Assembly (NCBI GenBank): GCA_002269645.1
Contig: NIVC01002473.1
Span: 1 to 64,000, forward strand
DNA from: Macrostomum lignano
Taxonomy: Eukaryota
Direction of reading: 5' to 3'
DNA: 64,000 bases
A program made the translations under genes and the position numbers. Below are positions 20,695 through 34,688 of the stretch, one piece after another. The notes under the pieces are model-generated. The model saw only the letters and a program-made list of their open reading frames with translations. It had not been told where the DNA came from and did no database searches. Position 1 is the stretch's first letter, and every line of letters begins with the position of its first letter.

Positions 20695-23600
20695 GACAGA
20701 CAGACAGAGACAGACAGACAGAGAGACAGATGGACACTACAGACAGACAGATAAACACTACAGACAGACAGATAGACACTACAGACAGACAGATGGACAC
20801 TACAGACAGACAGACAGACAGATGGACACTACAGACAGACAGACAGACAGATGGACACTACAGACAGACAGACAGACAGATGGACACTACAGACAGACAG
20901 ACAGACAGACAGATGGACACTACAGACAGACAGATAGACACTACAGACAGACAGACGGACACTACAGACAGACAGATGGACACTACACAGGCACTCAATA
21001 CGCATACATAAGAGTGTGTATTCATATTCAGACCATGAAAATCTCAATGCAATCATATTAGGGATGCCAATAATGCAACAGCCTACCTTAGGATACTGTT
21101 GCTGCTGCTGCATCATAGCTGCAGCTCTGGGATCGAGGCCAGCCAACGATGGGACGCCACCAACAGCAGCGACGGCACCGGAAGTCGGGTTGCTAGGACT
21201 GACAATACCACTAGGGTTGTACACGCGATCAAGAGCCACTACAGGCCTCTGCTCCAGATCTGGCGTGTCAATCTATAAGGTGACGCGTGAAAAATTACAG
21301 AAATAAATTAAGCTATCTATTAATATACTGTACTGAAATAGTTCGAATATATAGCTAATTAATAATAGACGGTAGTAATACGATACAAGCTCTGCAGTTC
21401 TATATATATGTAGACTTCAGGCGGCACGATGTATAAACGTGCGAATATTATAATATCGATTTTTCGGCAATTCTCTGCAGCCCTTCGCTTACAAAGGCAC
21501 GCCGGCCTCTTTGATCTATTTTTGCATGCAAATTTTAAAGCGTCAGTTATCACATTTCTCTGCGTCTGTGCGTTCTATCATCAGCCCGAGGCGCTTACCA
21601 CAAGTAGGTCGCAGGCCTCCAAACAGATGCAGTCCTCACGTCTGTAGGTGTCCCTGCCGATGCGGCGGCCGAAGCTGCGGTGGTTGTGTTAGAGGGCGGG
21701 GAATATTCATAATTCTTCTGAGAGGGGAATCTTTTTGCAGCGGCAATTCTTCTGAGAGGGGAATCTTTTTGAAGGGGCGATTCTTCTGAGAGGGGAATCT
21801 TTTTGTAAGGGTGATTCTTCTGAGAGGGGAATCTTTTTGTGGGGGCGATTCTTCTGAGAGGGGAATCTTTTTGAAGGGGCGATTCTTCTGAGAGGGGAAT
21901 CTTTTTGAAGGGGCGATTCTTCTGAGAGGGGAATCTTTTTGTAAGGGCGATTCTTCTGAGAGGGGAATCTTTTTGTAGGGGCGATTCTTCTGAGAGGGTA
22001 ATCTTTTTCTAAGGGGCGATTCTTCTGAGAGGGGAATATTTTTCTAAGGGGCGATTCTTCTGAGAGGGGAATCTTTTTGTAGGGGCGATTCTTCTGAGAG
22101 GGGAATCTTTTTCTAAGGGGCGATTCTTCTGAGAGGGGAATTTTTTTCTAAGGGGCGATTCTTCTGAGAGGGGAATCTTTTTGTAGGGGCGATTCTTCTG
22201 AGAGGGGAATCTTTTTGCAGCGGCAATTCTACTGAGAGGGGAATCTTTCTGCAGGGGCGATTCTTCTGAGGGGATTTTTTGTAGGGGCGATTCTTCTGAG
22301 AGGGTAATCTTTTTCTAACGGGCGATTCTTCTGAGAGGGGAATCTTTTTGTGGGGGCGATTCTTCTGAGGGGGATCTTTTTGTAGGGGCGATTCTTCTGA
22401 GGGGGATCTTTTTGTAGGGACGATTCTTCTGAGAGGGGAATCTTTTTGTGGGGGCGATTCTTCTGAGGGGGATCTTTTTGTAGGGACGATTCTTCTGAGA
22501 GGGGAATCTTTTTGTGGGGGCGATTCTTCTGAGGGGGATCTTTTTGTAGGGACGATTCTTCTGAGAGGGGAATCTTTTTGTGGGGGCGATTCTTCTGAGG
22601 GGAATCTTTTTGTAGGGGCGATTCTTCTGAAAGGGGAATCTTTCTGCAGGGGCGATTCTTCTGAGGGGGGTCTTTTTGTAGGGGCGATTCTTCTGAGAGG
22701 GGAATCTTTTTCTAAGGGGCGATTCTTCTGAGAGGGGAATCTTTTTGTAGGGGCGATTCTTCTGAGAGGGGAATCTTTTTGAAGGGGCGATTCTTCTGAG
22801 GGGAATCTTTTGCAGGGGCGATTTTTCTGAGAGGGGAATCTTTTTGTAGGGGCGATTCTTCTGAGAGGGGAATCTTTTTGTAGGGGCGATTCTTCTGAGA
22901 GGGGAATCTTTTTGCAGGGGCGATTCTTCTGAGAGGGGAATCTTTTTGTAGGGGCGATTATTCTAAGAGGGGAATCTTTTTGTAGGGGCGATTCTTCTGA
23001 GAGGGGAATCTTTTTGCAGGGGCGATTCTTCTGAGAGGGGAATCTTTTTGTAGGGGCGATTCTTTCAAGGGAATTTTTTATAGAGACGGTTTCTCTGCAA
23101 GGGAACACGATGGCAACTTCGGTAAAGAGTAATCTTGAATAATTAGCCAACCCCCCCCCTAGCAAAAGTACTTTGTTTATGACATTGCCAGACAGAGATA
23201 CAAACTTTGATGCGTCATAAAAACACAAAAAAATACTTTTTATGATCCTGACGTTAGTAACTGCTGTTCACAAACCACTCGAAATATGATTCTGAACAAA
23301 TTACTTTTTTATAAAAATCGTGATAAAACTTACCAAAAATTAACAATAAAAAGCTGTTATATTTTTATTCAATACTAATTTCAACTAAGCGTATTAAAAT
23401 CTATAGATAATACGCATCAAGTATAAACACGGCTTACTGACTAAATCACTCGCTATCATGCTGCGCCAGATATTGTAAGGTGAAGGCTACACTTTACATA
23501 CATTGGTTAGGGCGGTGGGACGGGGCACGGGGTATCCGATATTGCAGGCCGAGAGCTGAGGGAGAGAGACTGACTGGAAGCAGAAACAGCCAGTGAAAAG

Positions 23601-26600
23601 CCAGCTGCAGTACATTATGTATACATATGGATATACATTGCATGCTATTTAATACTAAACTAAGGCTTTACTAAACAGTCAGTGCCAAAAAAATTGTAAT
23701 TCTTGTTTATTAATTTGCAGATTATTACACAAGAATCCAATTGCATGGTCAATTGGTCCTTTGCAATTTAATATTGTTTAACTCTACACTACACTAACCC
23801 TTGTGTCTGATTCCCTCTCCGCCCCCTATCCTCTCTCTATCCGCCGCCTATCCTCTCCCTCTCCGCCCCCCTATCCCCTCCTCCGCCCCCTACCCTCTCT
23901 ATCCGCCGCCTATCTTCTCCCTCTCCGCCCCCCTATCCCCTCCTCCGCCCCCCTACCCTCTCTATCCGCCGCCTATCCTCTCCCTCTCCGCCCCCCTATC
24001 CCCTCCTCCGCCCCCTACCCTCTCTATCCGCCGCCTATCCTCTCCCTCTCCGCCCCCTATCATCTCTCTCTCCGCCCCCTATCCTTTCCCTCTCCGCCCC
24101 CTATCCTCTCCCTCTCCGTCCCCATCCTTTCCTTCTCCGCCCCTTATCCTCTCCCTCTCCGTCCCCATCCTTTCCCTCTCCGCCCCCTATCCTCTCCCTC
24201 TCCGTCCCCATCCTTTCCCTCTCCGCCCCCTATCCTCTCCCTCTCCGCCCCTTATCCTTTCCCTCTCCGCCCCTTATCCTTTCCCTCTCCGCCCCTTATC
24301 CTTTCCCTCTCCGCCCCTTATCCTCTCCCTCTCCTCCCTATATCCTCTCCCTCTCCGCCCCCTATCATCTCCCTCTCCGCCCCCTATCCTTTCCCTCTCC
24401 GCCCGCTATCCTCTCCCTCTCCGTCCCCATCCTTTCCTTCTCCGCCCCTTATCCTCTCCCTCTCCGCCTCCTATCCTCTCCCTCTCCGCCCTATATCCTC
24501 TTCCTCTCCGCCCCCTATCCTTTCCCTCTCCGCCCGCTATCCTCTCCCTCTCCGTCCCCATCCTTTCCTTCTCCGCCCCTTATCCTCTCCCTCTCCGCCC
24601 TATATCCTCTCCCTCTCCGCCTCCTATCCTCTCCCTCTCCGCCCCATATCCTCTCCCTCCCCTTCCTAAAAAACTCACAAAGTACAATAAAACACAGAAA
24701 AACTCACCAAGTAGTTGGCAAAAACATTTTTCCGCCAAGAAAAATGGAACCAGACAATAGAATATACCAGCAAGTGATTCGACTGCCATTGCTAAAAATA
24801 GAAATCAAAATTTGCGCATAACTACTGGTTTAACGAGTAATAAGTAGCATAGCTAGATAAACTGCATACTTTAGCTTACCTGTAGATAACAGTATTTGGC
24901 ACCGGGTATTCTTCGTGTCTAATAATCCAAGCGATTGACTTTAACAAATTCTCTCTGTAGTGCTTCAATTCGTCAATGCTGCGCAGAAATGCAAACAGAT
25001 AGTCGTGCTCCTGCGAACATTTTTACACGAAAAATCATTAATTAAGCATTTCAGACCAGTAGTCTACTTATAAGTAGAAATAGAAGCATTTCACTTTTTA
25101 ATTAATTCGTGTGTATTGTATTTAAACTGTACAATCTCTAAAGCGATGACTTACAATGTAATCATGATGTTAAAAATGTAAACAAATCATATGCTAATGC
25201 AGAATCTGCTTCCAATTTCCAAGGCTCTGTTTACTGATATGCCAAACCCCAAATTTAGAAATTGAAAACTACCACACAAAGCTTAGTGACTAAGAATTCT
25301 ATTAATATTCAAAGCATTGAACGCACAGATAATTATAGATATTTAATGTACCTGCTTATTCCGGTGCAAAAATGTAACAAAAACTCTACATAACTCAAAA
25401 TTTATGCACTTACTTGTTCAACAGATCCTACGTTAGGAGAATAGGGTAGATATGGTAGAGGGTGGAGGGGGTAGGGTAGATATGGTAGAGGGTGGAGGGG
25501 GTAGGGTAGATATGGTAGAGGGTGGAGGGGGAAGGGTAGATATGGTAGAAGGGTGGATAAAAGGGTAGACTGTGTAGATGGGGGCGGAGAGAGAATAGGG
25601 TATATATATGGTCGAGGGCGGAAAGAGAATAGGGTAGAATATGGTAGAGGGGGCGGTAAGACAATAGGGTAGACTATGGTAGAAGGGGCGGAAAGACAAT
25701 AGGGTAGAATATGGTAGAGTGGCGGAAAGACAATAGGGTAGAATATGGTAGAGGTGGCGGTAAGACAATAGGGTAGACTATGGTAGAAGGGGTGGAAAGA
25801 CAATAGGGTAGAATATGGTAGAGTGGCGGAAAGACAATAGGGTAGAATATGGTAGAGGGGGCGGAAAGACCCTTAGAATATGGTAGAGGGAGCGAAAAGA
25901 CAATAGGGTAGAATATGGTAGAGGGGGCAGAAAGACAATAGGGTAGAATATGGTAGAGGGGGCGGAAAGACAATAGGGTAGAATATGGTAGAGGGGGCGG
26001 AAAGACAATAGGGTAGAATATGGTAGAGGGGGCGGAAAGACAATAGGGTAGAATATGGTAGAGGGGGCGGAAAGACAATAGGGTAGAATATGGTAGAGGG
26101 GGCGGAAAGACAATAGGGTAGAATATGGTAGAGGGGGCGGAAAGACAATAGGGTAGAATATGGTAGAGGGGGCGGAAAGACAATAGGGTAGAATATGGTA
26201 GAGGGGCGGAAAGACAATAGGGTAGAATATGGTAGAGGGGGCGGAAAGACAATAGGCTAGAATATGGTAGAAAAGGCGGAAAGACAATAGGTTAGATGTG
26301 GTAGAGAGGGCGGAAGGGAATAGGGTAGAAGGGCAGTAGATTTGGTAGGTAGGGGCGGGAGAGAAGGACAGAACAAATGACACAAAAATGACACACAAGA
26401 GCTACAATAAAATACTGATACATTCTAACTGCTAAAAATGCATATTTCTTATCAATTATTTTAAGCAATTAGTTCACAGCGACATAGCATAAGACACTGG
26501 GCTATGCTAATGTCTAAAAATAAACTCATACTTTGAGCCAGTGCTTCTTATCTACGCAGTAAATTTATATCTCGACGATATCTTGGTAAATCAAAAGTAC

Positions 26601-26696
26601 AAATGGTACACATGCATAACTAATTACCTCGTCAGTTCTCTCATGACTTGGAATACGCAGAATCTTAATTAGGTCGTTATAATCGTTGTTAAACAT
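11695..26696 (-). CDS. RAPGEF2/6: PDZ-GEF (RAPGEF2/6, dizzy-like). Coding exons 26696-26628, 25010-24880, 24791-24708, 21674-21599, 21272-21087, 20330-19737, 19272-18601, 17817-17155, 14387-13830, 13037-12513, 11884-11695; terminal exon not identified
   Basis: GT-AG exons with consistent phases encode an N-terminal CNB ([10 protein letters not shown]), [10 protein letters not shown], a CNB ([13 protein letters not shown]), REM (DFLLTYRTF), PDZ (GLRAGDRV), RA (VIRVFRPD) and CDC25 GEF ([17 protein letters not shown]), plus a C-terminal PPPY. Confidence 0.92.
11922..12480. repeat. ~28-bp minisatellite (GGGAGGCTGGCCCAGCAACTGAGGATCT), RAPGEF intron
   Basis: Read directly; same unit recurs at 19310-19560. 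Confidence 0.95.
13065..13792. repeat. 29-bp minisatellite (GAAGTTTCAGAGAGGGTATAGCAACCTCTT-like), RAPGEF intron
   Basis: Read directly. Confidence 0.95.
14565..15690. repeat. Pyrimidine-rich ~23-bp minisatellite (CTCTCCTAACTCTCCTATCTCCC)
   Basis: Read directly. Confidence 0.95.
16470..17090. repeat. 20-bp minisatellite (TGGCTAATATTCATGTAAAT) with a ~232-bp higher-order duplication
   Basis: Read directly; the variant block AGTCATGATTATGTAGC occurs at 16541 and 16773. Confidence 0.9.
17955..18555. repeat. ~20-21-bp minisatellite (AAAATGGCACCCATAGTTT)
   Basis: Read directly. Confidence 0.92.
19310..19695. repeat. Two adjacent minisatellites: the 28-bp unit shared with 11922-12480, then a 23-bp unit (GGTGAGACACTTAGAAATCTCAA)
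   Basis: Read directly. Confidence 0.9.
20500..20990. repeat. (CAGA)n microsatellite grading into GGACACTACAGACAGACAGAT units
   Basis: Read directly. Confidence 0.95.
21712..23065. repeat. ~34-bp minisatellite (GATTCTTCTGAGAGGGGAATCTTTTTGTAGGGGC)
   Basis: Read directly. Confidence 0.95.
23812..24665. repeat. C/T-rich ~22-bp minisatellite (CCTATCCTCTCCCTCTCCGCCC)
   Basis: Read directly. Confidence 0.95.
25437..26330. repeat. Purine-rich ~35-bp minisatellite (GTAGAATATGGTAGAGGGGGCGGAAAGACAATAGG)
   Basis: Read directly. Confidence 0.95.
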
Positions 26697-29600
26697 GGAA
26701 GCTGGCTGTTTGAACAGGCACACAGAATCAGCAAAAATAAGTCAATAAAGCTTCAGCTGCAGTGCATTGAACTCAAAATAATGAGTGATTTGGCAGCTCA
26801 ATTTTCTCAGTTGGAAAAGTTTTTTTCCAAATTGCCTGAGCTAAAGGTTGACGATTTTATATGATGGCCAAGTTGTGTAGCAGATTCACAGGCTGAAATG
26901 GTGGATAAACAAGTTTTACAAATAATCAGAGGCGGAACCTCTAATATACAGTTTAGGAGATGGTTACATTAAAAAACTATTTTCTGATTGGATATTTAAA
27001 TCTTATACATGTACATGTATAATTTGGATCACATTGGGCTTAAATCACATCTACAAAAGACATTGAAAAATGGACATTTAAGTTAAAGGTTGGTTTTTGG
27101 CTAAAAATTAAAAGTAAGAGAAAGAAGTCTATTGGCTTTGTCAAACTATCAGCTTTGCACAATTTATAAGTATATCTAATATGCTAAAAAATTTCATCTA
27201 TCTAGGTATATGATAAATTTAAGAAAAAAATAACATTTGCATTTCTATTTTGAAAATTATTACATGGTATTATTTTTACTTCATTGAATATTGATTTTAG
27301 TTTATATTAACCTAAATTAAAGTTTAAATAATGGAAATATTAATGACACTAAACTGTCATATAGCTTATAAAATATTAGAAATTACATAGTTTACATAAA
27401 AATGCAATTTAAATTTATAAACAATTATAAGTTTTATCATTAAGTTTCCAAAAAAGATTTCAATGTGTGCCATAGTTATAAATCAAGATATCATAAACCT
27501 TTCAACTAAAAACAACAATGAAAAATATATATATATATATAATTAATTTTCAAGTCTTTTTCCTTGATTGAGATTTCTATTATCACTCACTAAATGTCTA
27601 AGGTTTGTCTGACTAATATTTCAGTCTATAGCCTGAATGCCTAAACCAATTTTTAAAAACTTGCTTTATTAAAATGGAAATTCTTGCGGATTCTGTGGAA
27701 ATAATTGCACTGAAAAAATTGAATGGGAAGATGGTAAAATATTTGAAAAAGAGTTTTTCCAATGCTTTTAATGGAGGCTAGAAATGGTCAAAATCTTGAT
27801 TAACTGAATAATTCTAATTGAGATTGTGCCACAACTTTTCTCTTTATAATGTAAGCCTCAATACTGGCTGCAAAAAAGCTCAATAGTAAACATTGTGCTG
27901 CTACTTGCCACCTATGACTTATCAATGTAGAATTTTGGCATAAAATTCTACATTGACTAGCTATAGCAATTTTTCATAAAACTTACCTGGATTCACCTAG
28001 AAAAGGCTACAAAGATTGCACCTCCTAACATTATGTATATTAATATTGCTATTGGATTGGGAACAAAGTATACACCTAAAAATGAAGAAAACAAATATAA
28101 AAATGAACAAGACAGTTCAAAAGTATAATAAATGCTTTTGGCAAAGAAATAAATTGTTGAAAGGTATAATATGCTAAGATGACATTTAATATAGTAGTGT
28201 ACTGGTAGATACATAAAAAGATTGAAATAAAAAATGTTTTATTTGTAAAAATTTTTTATATTAAAAATATTGTTTATTTTTTATTTTACATAATCTACTA
28301 TTTGTTTTTTTTATTTACTTTTGTTATTTGTTTCTTTTTTTAAATGTTCATACAATTTTTGACTTGCTTTTTTTCAATTGAATTTATTCAATTAATGTAT
28401 ATATTAACAGATCACAGTTGTTTATGGGAAAAATATAGTCACAAAAGTCAAAGAAATTATCACAATAAAACAGTCATAACTTTTTTATTTCTAAATCAAT
28501 TTTTACAAATGAGATGTCTATTTATTTATACAAATTAGATCCACTCAAGAATGACAACAAAAATATAAAATTTGAACATTTAAAAATCTTACTAAGTCAT
28601 TAGACTCTTTATAAATGCCATAGTTTGGAAGGCAACATATACACTGGGATTTCCCAGTGTACAACAAGGGTACTTGCCATTTTTCAACATATATCAACAT
28701 ATATATTACATCCCAATATATATGACTAAAGACACAGTGGAAAGTTTTGGCTTATATCTGTGATATACTTATGTACATTTCAGAATCAAATAAAATGACT
28801 TTATGTAAAATATATTACATGTAACATTATCATTATGAAACATAGAAAAATAAAAAACAGTTTTAAAATTAGTGAGCATTTTAAAACTTTTTTTTCTTAT
28901 TTTAAACAAATAAAAAGTATTTAAACTATTTCTTTTATAATTGCACTTTCTCATTGCACATTGCAAAAGTGCATAGTTTCTAGTTTCTAACTCTGCATGA
29001 AACAAAAAATTCAAAAATGAAAAAAACGTACAACTTCAGCATATATAATTGAAAACTTTTTTAAATCCTGGCATACAAATGTGGTCTTGTACTTTTTTCC
29101 CTACTAGACCTAGTGTACACTAATACAAAATTTAAACTATGGTATAAATGATAACCTGATAAAACTTGAAAGCATGCCAATTGGCTAGATAACAAAAAGT
29201 CAAAAAAAGTCCTATCTTTTTATTGAAAGTAAAATAAAGTATAAAAAATAAATTTTGCTAGATGATAATATTTAAGAACCAAGTATTAGGCCCCCTAAGC
29301 TTATTTGTATTTTTATTTAGAAAACTAAGTAAGACTTCAACAAAATATCAATAAGCTTTAGGCTTTTTAAGCCAAATTAAAAATGACAGTGTCAATGAAA
29401 CTAAGCCTAATAATAATATTAGTAATAGATATTTATTCAAATTAGTGCTTAATCAGGCTTAAGTCTCTTAAAATTAGTTTTTTGTACTAAAACATTTCAT
29501 AGATTATTTTTTCTGGAATCAAAATAGTTTACCAAACAAAAATACATAATAGTTATGCTGCAAAATAAATTCTAGTCTAGTCCTAGTGGCAGTGCACTAC

Positions 29601-31859
29601 ACCTAGACCTAGGCTAAATTACAAAAGCTAACATTGATCCACATATTTTGGCTCTTTGTCATTATTATTGATATCTACTAGATAACTGATGATTAAATAT
29701 ACTACTAGGGCCTACTAGGGGGCCTAGTCATTGATCTATCTAGCTATAATTTATTAAATTAAATAGCAATTATCTAATTACAATACTAGCCTGCACAGAG
29801 ACAGCGCTCCGAATTGTCCATAGGCAGGCATAGGTCCTATTTAACGATGCTAATTAAGAAATGATAAGTTAAAGCACAAATATAACCATAGACCCTAGCC
29901 ATAGGCTTGATTGATCTAACTAGATTTGTCTAGTACATGTAGAGTACGCATGAAAGCAATTGAACCTAGTCAATTTTTATTATTTGCCCAAATGCAAAAG
30001 AATTATTATTGCTCGTATAGCAGTCGTAGATACGTTGGTAGGCATCAGGCATGGCGATGGCTGATGGTAAGGCTAGTTGCCGAAAGTTTCCTTGTTCGTT
30101 AATAAGTTTGCCACGGGAGTGTCAAGCAGACAGCTCCCGGGCCGCGCGTCAGCCGTTTTAAAATTGGCTCTTGCGCCTGTTTATTTAAAATAGTAAGTTG
30201 GGCCGAAAGTTTCCTGTGTTCGTTCCAAGGACGACTTAAGTCGTCCGACCCGCATAGAGAATGAAAGTCATAATGGTTCATTCATCTGTTTATATTTCTA
30301 CCGGCTCGACAGGTGATTTTGAAAATATTAATATGCTTTTAAGCGATTAAATCAAAGAAACTTTGCAACTATAATGGTTCTTACGCTTTTAACGTTAAAA
30401 GTCATTTTATTTTTCACTTATATGCTTTATTACTACTATTCATTGCAAAACTTACGAGCAAATTTTACTTTGAAATGTGGGCATGTATGCTTAAAGAATG
30501 TGTGCTTAAGAACTTTTAGGCACACAATGAAAATTTTACGCGTGCTGAAAAGTAATCCGTCTAATCTTAGTTTACAATTTAACAACTTTAGGTGTAGATG
30601 ATTTTAATAAAGAAAAACTTGGTTCTTTCGTAATTAACTTGCATCAATGACATTTTCCCAGAAACTTTAATGATTCGAAGATGATTTTATTTTTCTAAAA
30701 ACTACAATTCATGAGTTTCATTCAATTTTTAAGAAGAGCTTCCATAAATGACATGCATTTTCAATACCATCATTGGTTTACATTACATTGTATTGCATTA
30801 CCTTACATCACATCACATCAATCACATAACTATACATGTTTTACAAGTAACTGTACTCGATTGTACATGTACTCTCTAAAAGTCAGCTAATATATGCTTA
30901 AAGAGTATATAACGCGTATAAAACATGTACACTGAACAACAACAACAAAGTACTACGCGGCCCCGTGCAAGGTCACAGTAATATTATAGTACATGTAGAT
31001 CAGCAGGGCGCGTCAGGGATGTTTTCTAGTGAATTCGTTGATCAGTTGTTCAGGCGCCTTGGTTCCTAGCTCACTCTGGTGTTGGTCCTTTTTGGTGCTC
31101 CTTGGAGTATTGCCGGCCGGTATCTGTGTTTCGGACCAATCGGAAGCTTCGAATTAACTAGCTATGGGATCCCTAGCTTTCGACCACTTGTATTTATAGG
31201 CAAACGGACCCCTCTCGAGGTCGTTCATCACATTTTCGTAAATGTCAAAGGGTCATGCTTTAATTGCTGTCAAGCTACATTGACAGGGTAGAAGTTAAGC
31301 CACTAGTCTAGTGTAAGCGCGCGTGATTGGTTACCGTAGCTGGGTTATATTTGGTTATCTTGATTGGTTCATCCGGGTGCATGCCGATTGATGAATCGCA
31401 GATGGGGTTTACACTTGACAATTGTAGGGCACGCGAAGGCGTATTCAGCATGTCAGTGAAGTATGAGACAGGCTAGGCCTACGAGCTAAGGTCTGCGATG
31501 CTTCACGCCTGCCCCTATCTATCCGCAGGTCAAGGCTGGTGGGAGGTCTGCACCCTCTATTTGCTTCTGGCAGCCGCAGACTCCCCCACGCTGTTTCACA
31601 AGTCGACCCAGGGGTACCCGTCCCCGCGTGTGTTCAAGGCAGACCCCAGGGCTGCTGGACAGACTGGGCTCCGGCGCTGGCGACCCATCCAGTGGCTTTG
31701 GCCGAATTTGGGTATGCTCGCCAGCCTGCAGGCCGTGCTGCTGCTTGCAGCTAATATATGCTTAATGCCTAAGGCCCTCTAATGCCTAAGGTGTCTGACC
31801 GTGCCGATGGGCTGGAAGGCCGGGAGTAGTCCGGTCGCTAGCGGTCCCCTTTTTCAAAC

Positions 31860-33884
31860 CGGCTGGCTTGAGGTGTCGGCCAGTCGGGTACTCAACTCGC
31901 GTAAAGAGTAGCCCTCCCACGCTTTTCAGCTATGACCACTAACGCCACCATCCCAAACGATCGAAACTGACCCGGTCGCCTCTGGCCCACCGGGATCAGC
32001 CGCTCCGGTAGCAGCTACCACTGGTAGCACCAAGGCCCAACCTGGTCCAACCGGGCCAGCTGACGCTGCCGCCGAGCACCCTGGCCGCCAGTCTAGCCGA
32101 CCGCGCACGGCCGAGTACCGACGGCAGCGAAACATCCGCCGCAACCGTAAGCGGCAGAAGTAGCGGGCTGCTGCTGCGCCCGCGGAGGGCGGGCAAGCCG
32201 CGGTGAGGCCTTCGGGAGCCATCGCAGCGGGGAGGCCCTCTGGGGGTCCGGTGGCGCGGCTGGGCCGTCAGGAACCGCCGTGTCCTCGGACTCTCAGGGG
32301 GCAACCCTGCCGGCCTACCGCTCTCCAAGGACAAGGCGGCCCCGCTCAAGACCTCCGAGTCCTACGCCTCCAAGGTCAAGCAGCCGCTGCAACCCGCCGT
32401 GATGATCCTCGGCGGGGACTTCGACCTGACGCCCGAGCAGCTCGACGTCGCGTGGCGTACCATCGACGAGGGCTTGCTCAACCTAACCCTGGAGGGCGTC
32501 TTCGTGGACATCGTCAAGTTCACCAAGGCGAACGGGTGCATCCTACTGTGGTGCAAATTCGAGGAAAGCACCCAGCCCCTGCGGGATCAGCTGCCCAAGT
32601 TCGACTGGCACAGCGATCTGGGCCAGTTGACCTTCGCCATGGAGAGCGAGCGGCAGAAGACCATCCGCCATCGGATTTGGGTCCCGGCCGACAGTGCGAT
32701 CAAGTCCGGGGAGCAGCTGCGGCAGCTCCTGCTCAAGCGGCACCCGGATCTCGACGCCAGTGGTCTTGTGTACCACAGCACGGTCCGCAAGGGCACGATC
32801 GGGGCCACCGTCATCCTCGGCCTGACGGAGGGATGGGCCAAGCGGCTACCACACGGCACAAACCTCCACCTTGGTCTCCATCAACTGACCATCCTCCGCT
32901 GTGAGGAGGGCAAGGTGGAGACCAAGAACAACGGGAAGCGCGCCGCTCCCGGAGCTGGGGCTCAGGCCCCGCCGGCCAAGCGACAGCAGCAACCCGATCC
33001 CGAGCCTAACAAGGCTATTCGCGCTGCTGAGTCCGCCTCGCGCGGACGTAGACCCGCCCGCAGTAACCGGCGGTCCGGGCTAATCCAGCGCGCACTTGAC
33101 GAAGCTCAGTCTCTGAGACTTCACCTCGAGCAGACTCGTGCTGCTCGCAAAAACACTGAAAGCCAGCCGAGGGAACTGGACGACGGCATGGTTCAGCCTT
33201 CCAACTGGTGGGATTACCACCAGCAGGACGCTGCCGGCCGAGCTCAGACTCCCGACGGCGGGGCGGCGCAATGCGAAGGCAGCAGCCATACCCCAGTCGC
33301 TGGGGAGGAGGGCGGTGTAGCGCGGCTAGGTGACTCACCTGCCGTGGGCGCCGTGTCCGCCTCCGCGGCGGCTGGGGAGGCGGCTGGGCCTGAGCCAATG
33401 GAAATTGGCGACTCAACTCTCACAGATTTTTTCCTCCCCTGGACAGTAGACATGACCGTCTCCCAGGGCATCCACTGCTTGCAGGTCAACCTGCAGCACA
33501 GCGTTGCTGCTTCGGTCAACCTCTTGAAGCACACTGACCAATACGCGCCAGGGATTATCCTTATCCAGGAACCTTGGACGCTAAGGGGCAGCCCCAACAT
33601 GTCCCCACTGGCTACCAGTGTTTAACCGCTGGCACCCGGGAGCGAAACCTGGCACCAAGATCCTGCATCATGGTGTCCAGTTCTATTAACACATGGCTCA
33701 GATCGGACCTGTCCACCAGGGACATCTGCGTCATCCAATCTGAAGACATACTCCCTGAGAGGACTACCCTCATCGCCTCGGTTTACCTACCGGGCGACGG
33801 CGAGATGATCCCAGGGGAGCTTGTCACACTGGTCGAGCTCTGCTCCACCAGAAATTATGAGCTGCTTGTGGCAGGCGATATCAA
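31860..33884 (+). mobile_element. LOA/Lian-like non-LTR retrotransposon, 5' part: ORF1 (DUF4780-like) and start of the APE endonuclease; degenerate and 3'-truncated
   Basis: ORF1 has SYASKVK...HRIWVP...LLLKRHPDLDASG...ATVILG. APE motifs CLQVNLQHS, LIQEPW, PRSCI, IASVYLP and AGDIN follow. There are frameshifts and a stop, and homology ends at GDIN. Confidence 0.75.
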
Positions 33885-33960
33885 CCCGTATAACAATCTG
33901 ACGTCCGCTGGACGTCTGCCTGGACGTCCAAATTGGACGTCCAGGCAACGTACCTGTGGG
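33885..33960. mobile_element. Short CCC...GGG-bounded element with GGACGTCC repeats (CACTA/EnSpm-like MITE or end fragment)
   Basis: Starts CCCG exactly at the LINE breakpoint, ends TGGG, and contains the palindromic GGACGTCCAAATTGGACGTCC. No clear TSD. Confidence 0.4.
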
Positions 33961-34688
33961 ATAGCAAAAAATACATTACACTCAACGTTGGTGAAAAGTC
34001 GAGTTTGGACGTTTCTAAAAGTCGAAAAGCGACCTTAATGCAAGCGCTTCCTTGTAAGCGTTGGTTGTAGCGTAATCATTTGCTGCTTATTAGCAGTAGT
34101 GACGTAATTAAAATATGCAAGAAAGTCAACGGAATAACGTTTTTCCACCGAGAGAATACATTCAACTGCTATTTAATACAAAATAGATAGTATTATTGGT
34201 ACTTTAACTAGGCTATTTATTTGCATTTAATTTATTCTCAAATAGATGAAAAATTTGACACCAATCAAGCTGCTGACAATGAAATTAAAATATATACAAT
34301 ATATAATAACATAACAGGCAGCTAGAAGTTTGAAATTTGAACAATATAATACGTGGTATATAAAATAGTTATAGCATTATTGTAAACTAAGAACCGGCTG
34401 TACAACTCCAGGACAAAAAGTAAGGACAGTTTCAAAAAGAATTGACAACAAAACGCACAGCGACAAATTAAATAGACAAAATAACATGATTAAGGGGGAA
34501 TTTTTGTAACGACTGCTAGTAAAACTAATATAAGTAAAATAATGGGCTTTTTATAATATTACATACAGCAGCAGAGTGCGCGTGGTGGGGAAAACGAATT
34601 GAACGCATGAAGACTTGAAGTCTTATACTCGTATTATTCAATACCATAAACAATGACAAACGTGAAAAGCTAAATTAGTAAAAGTTTC

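Noticed and set aside
25408-25435. Possible RAPGEF micro-exon with GTAAGT donor
   Set aside because: Exons 26628 and 25010 already join in phase and give a continuous sensible protein.
27000-30000. AT-rich region with short hydrophobic ORFs (e.g. 27993-28214) and a 22-bp hairpin at 28640-28661
   Set aside because: No recognisable domain or consistent exon chain; probably RAPGEF 5' intron/upstream DNA or an old TE relic.
31498-31782. GC-rich ORFs upstream of the LOA element, perhaps the 3' end of another LINE
   Set aside because: No clear motif in a single frame.
31660-31860. HDV-like ribozyme in the LOA 5' UTR (GCTAA after a stem)
   Set aside because: I could not build a consistent P1/P2/P3 double pseudoknot by eye; needs an RNArobo or Infernal search.
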